Positions 51,244-60,231 of a stretch of 64,000 bases of DNA are shown piece by piece (position 1 is the first letter of the stretch; each line of letters opens with the position of its first letter). The notes under the pieces were generated by a model that ran no database searches, was not told the origin of the DNA, and was given only the letters and a program-made list of their open reading frames with translations. Source of the DNA: a bacterium (GTDB taxonomy: Bacteria; SZUA-182; DTGQ01); the NCBI GenBank assembly GCA_040752695.1, contig JBFMGO010000002.1, positions 18,564-82,563 on the forward strand, in the 5' to 3' direction. The position numbers and the translations under genes are program-made.

Positions 51244-52044
51244 ATGGATACTTCTTCTCTGATCGTTAACGCACTATGGATTACCGAGACGCAATTTTTG
51301 CCTTTTCTGCTGATTTTCATCCGCGTCAGCGGGGTTCTTTTTACCGCACCGCTGTTCGGTGACAGGATGATCCCTGTGCAGGTAAGGATCGGCCTGGGCC
51401 TTTTGATCGCCATGGTCCTTGCTCCGACCCTCAAGGCGGAGCAGTGGCCCGCTGCCATGCCGGAGCCGCTCATTCTGTTCTTTGTGGCCTCGGCAGAGCT
51501 TGTGGTAGGGCTCATTGTCGGCTTTTGCACCAGGCTGCTCTTTGAAGGTGTCCAACTCGCCGGGCAACTGATCGGCTATCAGATGGGGTTTTCCATGGCC
51601 AATGTCCTTGATCCGGTCAGCGGAGCACAAGTGTCCATTCTCGGACAGCTCGAGGTTTTCCTGGCTCTTTTTATCTTTTTGAGTATCAATGCACATCACC
51701 TTCTTTTAAGGGCCATGGTTGAAAGCTTCAGGCTCATTCCTCCTTTAGGGTTTCAACCCCGGGGGATACTGGTGGAAAGGGTCATGGTTCTGGCCGGCAG
51801 AATATTCATTCTGGCTATTCAGATCGGGGCCCCGGTCATTGCGGCTATTCTCTTTTCCAATGTTTTTCTGGGCATCATGGCCCGGACCATGCCGCAAATG
51901 AATGTCTTTATGGTAGCCATGCCCATTGGTATCGCTCTTGGTCTGGTTGTCCTGGCTCTGTCCACGCCTCTTTTGGCTCAAGTGCTCAGCCAGGCATTCG
52001 GCAGCCTGGATCGCAGTCTCATGTTCTTGATGAAAGGAATGTAA
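51244..52044 (+). CDS. fliR: FliR
   Basis: AGQLIGYQMGF, RTMPQMNVF. Confidence 0.94.
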   Translation: MDTSSLIVNALWITETQFLPFLLIFIRVSGVLFTAPLFGDRMIPVQVRIGLGLLIAMVLAPTLKAEQWPAAMPEPLILFFVASAELVVGLIVGFCTRLLFEGVQLAGQLIGYQMGFSMANVLDPVSGAQVSILGQLEVFLALFIFLSINAHHLLLRAMVESFRLIPPLGFQPRGILVERVMVLAGRIFILAIQIGAPVIAAILFSNVFLGIMARTMPQMNVFMVAMPIGIALGLVVLALSTPLLAQVLSQAFGSLDRSLMFLMKGM

Positions 52045-52047
52045 AAG

Positions 52048-53121
52048 GTGCCTGATACGGATAAGTCAAAAAGAACCGAGCAACCGACTCCCAAAAGGAA
52101 GAAGGATGCCCGCGCCAAAGGTCAGGTGGCACGGTCAAAAGAGCTCGGGTCTGTCTCCATCCTTCTGGCGACCCTGATTGCCTTTCACTTTTACGGGGTT
52201 CAGGTTTTTCACCGCCTTTCGGATCTCATGCAGTGGCTGCTTCGATCGAGCGGCGAATTAACGGTCCAGGATGCCAACCTGACACATCTTTTATTTCAGA
52301 TCGAGATAAGATTATTCCCCATTCTTGCGCCCGTTATTCTCCTTATGGCCGCATTCGCCCTTTTGGTCAATTTCGGTCAGGTCGGCTTTTTAGTGAGCAC
52401 GGAGGCCATAAAGCCGGATCTGGATAAGCTGAACCCGATCACTGGCTTTTGGAATCTTTTCTCACTCAGATCGATCGTAGAGCTGATGAAATCCCTCCTC
52501 AAGCTGGGGGTCATCGGCTCCATCGCTTACGTGAGCATACGGAATGAACTGTCCGGCCTTCCGCTTCTTTCCACCATGTCATGCCAGGGAATCTTTTCTT
52601 CCATCTGCAGGGTTTCATACAGCATTCTCCTTCGATCGACCATTGCCCTCCTGGTCATGGCGATCCTGGATTATATCTATCAGCGGTATGAATGGAACAA
52701 AAGCCTGATGATGACCAAAGAGGAAGTTAAGGAGGAGGCACGCCAGGCTGAAGGAGATCCCAAAATCAGGGCACAGATTCGCAGGGTCCAGCAGCGGATT
52801 GCCCGCCAGCGTATGATGGCTCAGGTTCCTGAGGCTGATGTGGTTATTACCAACCCGCAGCACCTGGCCGTGGCCATCAAGTACGAGGCTGAAGATATGG
52901 CCGCTCCAAGAGTCATTGCCAAGGGGGCAGGATATGTCGCTGAAAAAATCAAGGAGATAGCCAGGGAAAACGATATTCCCCTGGTGGAAGACAAGCCTCT
53001 GGCTCAACTGCTGTATAAAACCGTGGAGATAGGAGAAATGATTCCTCCTCATCTCTACCAGGCTGTGGCCGAAATTTTAGCCTATGTGTACCGATTGAGG
53101 CCGGAAAAGTATAAGAAATAG
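52048..53121 (+). CDS. flhB: FlhB
   Basis: TEQPTPKR, EGDP, TNPQH cleavage region, AKG. Confidence 0.95.
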   Translation: MPDTDKSKRTEQPTPKRKKDARAKGQVARSKELGSVSILLATLIAFHFYGVQVFHRLSDLMQWLLRSSGELTVQDANLTHLLFQIEIRLFPILAPVILLMAAFALLVNFGQVGFLVSTEAIKPDLDKLNPITGFWNLFSLRSIVELMKSLLKLGVIGSIAYVSIRNELSGLPLLSTMSCQGIFSSICRVSYSILLRSTIALLVMAILDYIYQRYEWNKSLMMTKEEVKEEARQAEGDPKIRAQIRRVQQRIARQRMMAQVPEADVVITNPQHLAVAIKYEAEDMAAPRVIAKGAGYVAEKIKEIARENDIPLVEDKPLAQLLYKTVEIGEMIPPHLYQAVAEILAYVYRLRPEKYKK

Positions 53122-53149
53122 CAATGTGATACGGGTAACCGGGGAAAAA

Positions 53150-53224
53150 CCCGGTATCCGGCAACCAGTAACCAGGTACCAAGAACCAGGAATAACCAGT
53201 AACCAGGTACCAAGAACCGGGAAT
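53150..53224. repeat. Heptamer-based array with 31-bp direct duplication
   Basis: AACCAGTAACCAGGTACCAAGAACCRGGAAT at 53163 and 53194, ending in the flhA ATG. Confidence 0.85.
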
Positions 53225-55328
53225 GAAGAATATGGCTGAACAGACCCAGATCCAGATGCCGATACGGGTTCTTACCGGAAAGAGCGACGTTCTGATCGCC
53301 ATTGGTGTGATCGGCATCGTTGGAGTGATGATCATTCCGCTCCCTCCCATTATTCTGGACTTGCTGTTGAGCTTTGATATCGCCCTGTCGGTGATTATTC
53401 TTCTTTCCTCTTTGTACACTCTGGATCCACTTGAGTTTTCCGTTTTTCCCTCGTTGCTTCTGATTGCCACACTCTTTCGGCTGTCACTGAATGTTGCCTC
53501 CACCAGGCTTATCCTCCTGCACGGGGAAAACGGGGTCGAGGCAGCGGGGAAGGTTATCAAGGCCTTTGGCAGCTTCGTAATCGGTGGCAATTATGTGGTT
53601 GGATTGCTGGTATTCTTTATCCTGGTCCTGATCAACTTTATTGTCATTACCAAGGGTGCGGAACGTACGGCTGAAGTCTCGGCGCGCTTCACGTTGGATG
53701 CCATGCCAGGTAAACAGATGAGTATCGATGCGGATCTCAATGCCGGGATCATCAACGAGGAACAGGCTCGCCAGAGACGGCAAAAAATCTCTCAGGAAGC
53801 TGAATTTTATGGATCCATGGATGGTGCCAGCAAATTCGTCAAGGGAGATGCCATTGCCGGCATCCTGATTACGCTTATTAATGTTCTGGGCGGGCTCGTG
53901 GTCGGCGTACTGCAAAAAGGGATGACCGTAAGTGATGCTGCTACCACCTATATCATTCTGACCGTAGGCGACGGACTGGTCGGCCAGATTCCAGCCCTGA
54001 TCATTTCAACGGCATCTGGCATCATTGTCACGCGGGCCATTTCGGAAACCCATATCGGAGAGGAAATGACCAGGCAGCTTTTGATACATCCCAAGGCTAT
54101 CGGGCTTACCTCGGTCATTCTCTTTTGCTTCGGTCTGGTGCCTGGTCTTCCTACCTTCTCTTTCCTGGGCCTTTCAGCAGCCAGCGGCCTTTTGGCCTGG
54201 GCGGTCTATAAGGTGCAGACAGCCGGGGCCCAAAAAGCGGAGGAAGAGGCTGCACCTTCACCTCCGGCGAAAGAGGCGGAAGAGCAGAGCCTTTTTTCCC
54301 TGGTCGAACCTCTCGGCATCGAGGTGGGCCTGCGTCTTATTCCGCTTATCGATTTGAACCAGCATGGGGAAATACTGGACCGCATCACCGCCATACGCAA
54401 GCAGTATGCTTCGGAATTGGGATTCGTTTTCCCGCCGGTCAGAATCAGGGATAATCTGCGGCTCGATCCCAATTCCTATTCGGTCCTCATCAAAGGTGTA
54501 TCCGTTGCTCAAGGGAGCCTGTTGCCCGGTCACTGTCTGGCCATGAATTCGGATGAGGCCGCTGTGCCCATTGATGGCATTCCTACCAAGGACCCCACCT
54601 TCGGCCTGTCAGCCTTGTGGATTCCAGAGAAAGAAACCAATAAGGCCAGAGCCCTCGGATACACGGTAGTGGACCTTTCCACGGTGGTGGCCACCCACTT
54701 TAAAGAGATCGTCAGGTCGCATTCCCACGAGATGCTTACGCGCCAGGATGTACAGACGATGCTGGAAAAACTGGCCGCAAGTCATCCCAAGGTAGTGGAG
54801 GAGGTGGTCCCCGGTCTCCTGCCGCTTGGTACCGTCCAGAAGGTGCTTCAGAACCTTTTGAAGGAGCAGATTCCTGTTCGGGACCTGGTAACCATCGTCG
54901 AGGCTCTGGGAGACTATGGCCGGTCGATCAAGGATCCGGATTTATTGACCGAGTACGTTCGGGGCAGACTGGCCCGTACCATCTCGAGCCTGTATCAGGA
55001 CGAGAGCGGCACTTTATCCGCTTTTGTTCTTGATCAGAAGATCGAGGAAATCATCACCAGATCGGTTCAGCACACCGAGCAGGGCAGTCACCTGGCTCTC
55101 AATCCCGCAACAGTCCAGGATATTATTATGCAGATCAATTCCTCTATCCAGAAAAACGGTGATGGAGACCATTATCCGGTTTTACTATGCTCCGGTGCAG
55201 TGCGAAGGTATATCAGAGGGTTGACCGAGCGGTTTATTCCCAAGCTGATTACGCTGGCTTATCATGAAATTGCAGATAATATCAAAATCCAGTCACTGGG
55301 CGTTGTTGAGTTAGCCAATGCGCGTTAA
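53223..55328 (+). CDS. flhA: FlhA
   Basis: RFTLDAMPGKQMSIDADL, FYGSMDGASKFVKGDAIA. Confidence 0.97.
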   Translation: MKNMAEQTQIQMPIRVLTGKSDVLIAIGVIGIVGVMIIPLPPIILDLLLSFDIALSVIILLSSLYTLDPLEFSVFPSLLLIATLFRLSLNVASTRLILLHGENGVEAAGKVIKAFGSFVIGGNYVVGLLVFFILVLINFIVITKGAERTAEVSARFTLDAMPGKQMSIDADLNAGIINEEQARQRRQKISQEAEFYGSMDGASKFVKGDAIAGILITLINVLGGLVVGVLQKGMTVSDAATTYIILTVGDGLVGQIPALIISTASGIIVTRAISETHIGEEMTRQLLIHPKAIGLTSVILFCFGLVPGLPTFSFLGLSAASGLLAWAVYKVQTAGAQKAEEEAAPSPPAKEAEEQSLFSLVEPLGIEVGLRLIPLIDLNQHGEILDRITAIRKQYASELGFVFPPVRIRDNLRLDPNSYSVLIKGVSVAQGSLLPGHCLAMNSDEAAVPIDGIPTKDPTFGLSALWIPEKETNKARALGYTVVDLSTVVATHFKEIVRSHSHEMLTRQDVQTMLEKLAASHPKVVEEVVPGLLPLGTVQKVLQNLLKEQIPVRDLVTIVEALGDYGRSIKDPDLLTEYVRGRLARTISSLYQDESGTLSAFVLDQKIEEIITRSVQHTEQGSHLALNPATVQDIIMQINSSIQKNGDGDHYPVLLCSGAVRRYIRGLTERFIPKLITLAYHEIADNIKIQSLGVVELANAR

Positions 55329-55334
55329 AAAGCA

Positions 55335-55668
55335 GGGGACAGAAAGCCATGGAGTCAGGAGCCGTAGAAGTCAGGAGTCAGGTGCCACAGAAGGCGGGTG
55401 CCACAGAAGGCGGGAGTCACAAGAAGGCAGGAACTGGAAGTCAGTAGCCAGAAGACAAGGGACGGAAAGCCTGGGGTCATGAGACGGGAAGGCAGGAAAA
55501 CAGGAAAAACATGAAGGCAGGAAGACAGAGGAAAGACGGGAAGACAGGAGTCAGTGGTCGGGAGCCGGGAGCCAGAAATAGAAAAAACCGAAGTCAGTGG
55601 TCAGGAGTAAAGGAAAAGAGCTTTTTTTCTGTATTCACAATTTTGATTTCTGAATTCTTTACTCTTAT
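55335..55668. repeat. Purine-rich degenerate heptamer array (GGAGTCA/GAAGTCA) followed by a TTCTGA-type arm
   Basis: GGAGTCAGGAGCCGTAGAAGTCAGGAGTCA...; GGTGCCACAGAAGGCG x2; TTTTGATTTCTGAATTCTTTACTCT. Confidence 0.7.
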
Positions 55669-55683
55669 GAGCGGAGTTAACCA

Positions 55684-57249
55684 ATGCACATAAAAAAATA
55701 TGTAGCCAACAGCATTCAGGAGGCCTTAAGTCAGATCAAGAAAGAATTGGGGCCACAGGCCCTTATCCTGTCTGTCAATAATATCAAGGCCAAGGTTGGT
55801 CCATTGGCCCTCATGTCTCCGGCCCGCGTGGAGGTAACGGCAGTCATAGATGAAGATCCTCCGGCAGACCGCTATCCGGAGAGCACGCTTCGCCAGAGTG
55901 ATCAGGAGTCGGAAGACAGTGGGCATTGGTCAGGGGACAGTGATCAGGAATCAGGAGCCCGCAGCCTGTATCCGGCATCCGGCGCCTCGCGTCCACGATC
56001 AAATAATCAGTATTCAGGATCAAGGGCCCAGTATCCGGCATCCGGTGTCCCGGCATCCGGTATCACGGTACCCGGTATCCCGGAACCAGGCATCACGGCT
56101 TCCAGTGTCCCTGCACCTAGTATCCAGTATCCAGTATCCAGCATCCGGCACCAAGAGTATCCGGCATCCAGGGATAATGATCGGCCACACTCCCTGATAC
56201 ATCTGCCTGACCTCCAGAAAGTAACCCAGGGAGCACGGCACATGGCTCAGAGTATGAGAGATGCCTTCGGTTCCTTTCGAGGGACGGGCAGCGACCATCA
56301 AGAGTCCCTCCACCAGTCCTCCGTGAGAAAAGGGAAAGAGGGCAGAGGGGAAGAGGGTAGAATTGATTTTGGAAAGGGAGGAGAGATAAGGGAACAGAAC
56401 CAGCATGGCCATGACAGGATTTCTTCCCTGTGCCGTCTCCTTGAAAAGATCGGTCTCAAGGAGGACATCATCGAACACATCGCTGATGTGTTCTCCGAGC
56501 AGATCCCGCGTTCTGAAGATTATAGCGGCCTTCGCCTGGAAGGATTTGCCAGGGATATTTTACAGCAGTTGGTTAAAACCTCAGGCCCGATCGAATCGAA
56601 TGATCAGGGGCCAAAATACGTTGCTCTGGTGGGGCCTACGGGGACTGGAAAAACCACGACCATTGCCAAGTTATCCGCAGAGAACTTGTTGAAGAGGAAG
56701 AAAAAGGTTGGATTGATCACCATCGATACCTACCGGGTAGGAGCACTGGAGCAGTTGAATACCTACGCCGGTATCATGAATATTCCCATGACGATGGCTT
56801 CCACCTTTGAGCAGATGCGCAAAGCCGTGCTCCAGTATCAGGATCAGGATGTGGTCTTGATTGATACTGCCGGATTCAGCCATCATGATCAGGAGCACCT
56901 GCAGTTGCTCAATGCCTTTTTGGCCCAGATCTCCAATCCCGAGATTCACCTGGTCTTGAGTATCAACACCGATGAGAGGGAGTTGATCAATATCAGTCAG
57001 AGTTTTAACCTTTTGCATTACGAGAGACTTCTTTTTACCAAGCTTGATGAAAGCTCCTATCCGGGCACGATTTTTAACCATATGGTTTATACAGGAAAAC
57101 CCATCTCTTACATAACCACAGGACAGAAAGTTCCCGAGGATATCGAAGTGGCCACACCCGCTGGCATCATAAACCTGATGTTTCAGAAAAAGCAGTTTTA
57201 TGCTTCACCGACACTCTTCGACGGTCGCCAGCAGGGGGTGGAATTGTGA
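55684..57249 (+). CDS. flhF: SRP-family GTPase FlhF with repeat-derived insertion
   Basis: IKKELGPQALIL; GPTGTGKTTTIAKL, DTYRVGA, DTAG, TKLDE. Confidence 0.93.
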   Translation: MHIKKYVANSIQEALSQIKKELGPQALILSVNNIKAKVGPLALMSPARVEVTAVIDEDPPADRYPESTLRQSDQESEDSGHWSGDSDQESGARSLYPASGASRPRSNNQYSGSRAQYPASGVPASGITVPGIPEPGITASSVPAPSIQYPVSSIRHQEYPASRDNDRPHSLIHLPDLQKVTQGARHMAQSMRDAFGSFRGTGSDHQESLHQSSVRKGKEGRGEEGRIDFGKGGEIREQNQHGHDRISSLCRLLEKIGLKEDIIEHIADVFSEQIPRSEDYSGLRLEGFARDILQQLVKTSGPIESNDQGPKYVALVGPTGTGKTTTIAKLSAENLLKRKKKVGLITIDTYRVGALEQLNTYAGIMNIPMTMASTFEQMRKAVLQYQDQDVVLIDTAGFSHHDQEHLQLLNAFLAQISNPEIHLVLSINTDERELINISQSFNLLHYERLLFTKLDESSYPGTIFNHMVYTGKPISYITTGQKVPEDIEVATPAGIINLMFQKKQFYASPTLFDGRQQGVEL

Positions 57250-57261
57250 GGCCGAGGACCA

Positions 57262-58164
57262 ATGAGAATGATTGACCAGGCAGACGATCTTCGCAAGTTA
57301 ATGCCCATAGATGTACCCTTGACTGATGAGACGCCGTCTGAACTGACGGCTATCCAGAGGGCCAGAGTTTTTTCCATTACCAGCGGTAAAGGCGGCGTAG
57401 GGAAGACCAATATAGCCGTAAACCTGGCCTACGCCCTGAAACAGTTTGGTAAAAGAGTACTGATCATCGATGCGGACCTTGGACTGGCCAATGTCAATAT
57501 CCTTCTTGGAACTGCATCTGCATGGACCCTGCAGCATGTTGTTCGTCAGGAAAAAAGCATTGACGAGGTGGTCTTAACCAGCCCTGATGGACTTCAGATT
57601 TTACCGGCGAGTTCAGGTGTCGAGGAAATGACTCACCTGACAGTCACTCAAAAACTCTATCTCAAGTCCCAGTTCGACCTGCTGGATCAGCAATTTGATT
57701 TTATCCTGATCGACACGGCAGCAGGCATATCCTCCAACGTCATGTCTTTCAATCAGATGGCCCAGGAAGTGATTGTCATTCTCTCGCCTGATCCAACCTC
57801 TTTGGCTGACGCATATGCCATCATCAAGGTCCTGGCCACAAAGTATGGAGTTACGGAGTTTCATGTTCTTGTCAACCAGACACACAATGCTTCACACGGA
57901 AAGAGTCTTTTTCAGAAGTTGGAAAAAATCTGCCAGCGCTTCTTAAAAATTCCCGTTCGACACCTGGGGACTCTCTCGACTGATCTTAACCTTATTCAGG
58001 CATCCAGAAACCAGCAGATTGTGCTCAAACACTACCCCAAAGCTAAAATCAGTCAAGAGATCCAAAAGGTTGCGGAATCTATTGGCGGTATTCCCTACGA
58101 CCCTTGGTCTAACAAAAGTATTAATTTCCTTTTGAATAATGTCCTTAACCTAGGACAGGAGTGA
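57262..58164 (+). CDS. flhG: MinD-like ATPase FlhG/FleN
   Basis: DQADDLR, SGKGGVGKT, DADLGLAN, DAYAIIK. Confidence 0.93.
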   Translation: MRMIDQADDLRKLMPIDVPLTDETPSELTAIQRARVFSITSGKGGVGKTNIAVNLAYALKQFGKRVLIIDADLGLANVNILLGTASAWTLQHVVRQEKSIDEVVLTSPDGLQILPASSGVEEMTHLTVTQKLYLKSQFDLLDQQFDFILIDTAAGISSNVMSFNQMAQEVIVILSPDPTSLADAYAIIKVLATKYGVTEFHVLVNQTHNASHGKSLFQKLEKICQRFLKIPVRHLGTLSTDLNLIQASRNQQIVLKHYPKAKISQEIQKVAESIGGIPYDPWSNKSINFLLNNVLNLGQE

Positions 58165-58943
58165 GGTACCTCATGAAAAACAGCTTTAAAGCCGAAAAAC
58201 CCTATGAATCATCTCAAGGCTGGATCGAAAGTGATGAGGAACGTGATCGCCTGATTCTCGATCATCTGCCTATGATCAAATTCATCGCTACTCGCATCGC
58301 CAACCGCTTACCTCCTAATGTCCAGACTGAAGATCTGATAGAAGCAGGTATCATCGGTCTGCTTGATGCTATCGAAAAATTCGACTCTTCCAAGGACGTC
58401 AAGTTCAAGACCTACGCCGAGTTCCGAATTCGCGGTGCTATTCTGGACGAACTGCGGGCTCAGGATTGGACTCCCCGCTCCATTCACCAGAAGGTCAAGA
58501 GAGTGGAAAAAGCATACATCGACGTGGAGCAAAGAAAGGGGAGAGCTGCCACGGATGAAGAAATTGCCGCGGAAATGAACCTCTCCCTGGAAAAATACCA
58601 TAAGCTTATTAATCAGGTACGGAATGTCTCTATCATCAGTCTGGAGGATTTAACCAAAGTTCTCCCCCTGGATGAGAAAGATAATATTCTCGAATGCCTC
58701 AAGAGCTCACAGGATGAAACCATCTACGAAAAAGTGAACCTGAAGCAGGTCAAGGACCTTCTGGCCAAGGCTATCAATGAGCTTAACACCAAAGACCAGA
58801 TGATCCTTTCCCTCTACTACTGGGATGAACTGACGATGAAGGAAATCGGTAACATCCTTGGATTGGCGGAATCAACCATTTCGGAGCGGCATACCAAGGC
58901 CATGATTTCTCTCAAGCAAAAGCTCCGTGAGGTGATCTTGTGA
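58161..58943 (+). CDS. fliA: Flagellar sigma factor sigma28
   Basis: GIIGLLDA, FKTYAEFRIRGAILDELR, LYY..ELTMKEIG. Confidence 0.95.
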   Translation: MRYLMKNSFKAEKPYESSQGWIESDEERDRLILDHLPMIKFIATRIANRLPPNVQTEDLIEAGIIGLLDAIEKFDSSKDVKFKTYAEFRIRGAILDELRAQDWTPRSIHQKVKRVEKAYIDVEQRKGRAATDEEIAAEMNLSLEKYHKLINQVRNVSIISLEDLTKVLPLDEKDNILECLKSSQDETIYEKVNLKQVKDLLAKAINELNTKDQMILSLYYWDELTMKEIGNILGLAESTISERHTKAMISLKQKLREVIL

Positions 58944-58949
58944 GAAGAG

Positions 58950-59160
58950 CAGGAAAGATGAGCCGGAAGCAAGATAAGCCGGTATGATGATGAACCGGAA
59001 ATAAGATGAACCAGTACAATGATGAACCGGAAAGATGAGCATGAAAACGAATAGCTCATTGTCGGAAATCAGTGGTCGGAATTGAAGCAGAAGAGCAGTT
59101 CTTCTGACTCTCTGAATTCTAAACTGTTAATTCTGAATTCTGTAATTTTGAATTCTCTCT
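58950..59160. repeat. GATGAACCGG-type repeats then heptamer array (TCTGAAT)
   Basis: GATGA(A/G)CCGG-like x5; TCTGACT...TCTGAAT TCTAAAC TGTTAAT TCTGAAT TCTGTAA TTTTGAA. Confidence 0.75.
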
Positions 59161-59198
59161 TGTGCTATCACGGACTAAAGGTAAGGAGAACAAGCAGC

Positions 59199-59564
59199 GT
59201 GCCAATCAAAATCGATGCTGAAAATACCACACAGATTATTCAAAGGAGATTATTCGATCAACCTTTTCTCACTCTTGAAGACAGGATCGACTACCGGGCC
59301 AGGCGGCAGAGCCTGATCTCCTCAAATATTGCTAATATCAATACACCTAATTACCGGGCCTTTGATTTGATCATGAATGAGAAACTCCAGAGGCCTGAAT
59401 TTGTACCAACTCCCACTTCCGTTAAAAATGACGGGAATTCCGTAGACTTGGACCTGGAAATGAGCAAACTTACCGAGAATCAGCTCATGTTCACCACTCT
59501 GACTATGTCACTTTCGAAAAGATTTGAACAGCTCCGATCTGTTATCGCCGAAGGGAGAAAATAA
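59199..59564 (+). CDS. flgB: Rod protein FlgB
   Basis: RQSLISSNIANINTPNYR, DGNSVDLDLEM; GTG start with AAGGAG RBS. Confidence 0.9.
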   Translation: MPIKIDAENTTQIIQRRLFDQPFLTLEDRIDYRARRQSLISSNIANINTPNYRAFDLIMNEKLQRPEFVPTPTSVKNDGNSVDLDLEMSKLTENQLMFTTLTMSLSKRFEQLRSVIAEGRK

Positions 59565-59567
59565 AAC

Positions 59568-60017
59568 ATGAATCTTTTTACTTCACTTGACATCAGCTCC
59601 TCAGGGCTGACTGCTCAGCGCTACAAAATGAATCTTATCTCCAGCAATATCGCCAATGCCACGACCACCAGGACCCCTGCTGGCGGTCCCTACCGCCGTC
59701 AGGATGCCACCTTTGCAGCCAGACCAGTTCAACTATCGTTTGATGAGATGCTCAAATCATATGGAGCACAGCCAATGTTTGGAGCACAGCCGGTAAACAA
59801 GGTTGAGGTGATCGGGACTTTTACCGATCCACGGCAGCCGAATCTGGTATACGACCCCTCGCACCCGGATGCGGATGCCAATGGAGTAGTGGCCATGCCC
59901 AACATCAGCCCTATCGAAGAAATGGGCAATCTGCTCAGCACCCTTCGAGCCTATGAGGCAAATCTCACGGTGGTCAGCACTACCAAGGATATGATCAGGA
60001 ATACCTTGAAAATTTGA
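59568..60017 (+). CDS. flgC: Rod protein FlgC
   Basis: SGLTAQR, SNIANA, GPYRR, YDPSHPDA, RAYEAN. Confidence 0.95.
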   Translation: MNLFTSLDISSSGLTAQRYKMNLISSNIANATTTRTPAGGPYRRQDATFAARPVQLSFDEMLKSYGAQPMFGAQPVNKVEVIGTFTDPRQPNLVYDPSHPDADANGVVAMPNISPIEEMGNLLSTLRAYEANLTVVSTTKDMIRNTLKI

Positions 60018-60037
60018 GGTAAAAAATAGGCTAATAA

Positions 60038-60218
60038 TCAGAGCGAAAGGCAGGGTAAAAACTCAGAGCGAAAAGCAGGATAAAACGCGGTGTGAAACGC
60101 AGTGCGAAACTCGGAGCGAAAACAGGACGGAATTCAGAGCGAAAAACAGCGTAAAATCTCAGGCCGAAAAACAGGGCGAAATTCAGAGCGCAGAGCAGGG
60201 CGAAATTCAGAGCGAAAA
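60038..60218. repeat. ~24-bp degenerate tandem repeat (core TCAGAGCGAAAA), ~7 copies
   Basis: Seen directly between flgC and the giant ORF. Confidence 0.8.
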
Positions 60219-60231
60219 TTAGGATGAGAAA

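Noticed and set aside
60038..60218. Possible CRISPR array
   Set aside because: Units are degenerate and adjacent with no unique spacers; no cas genes in the window
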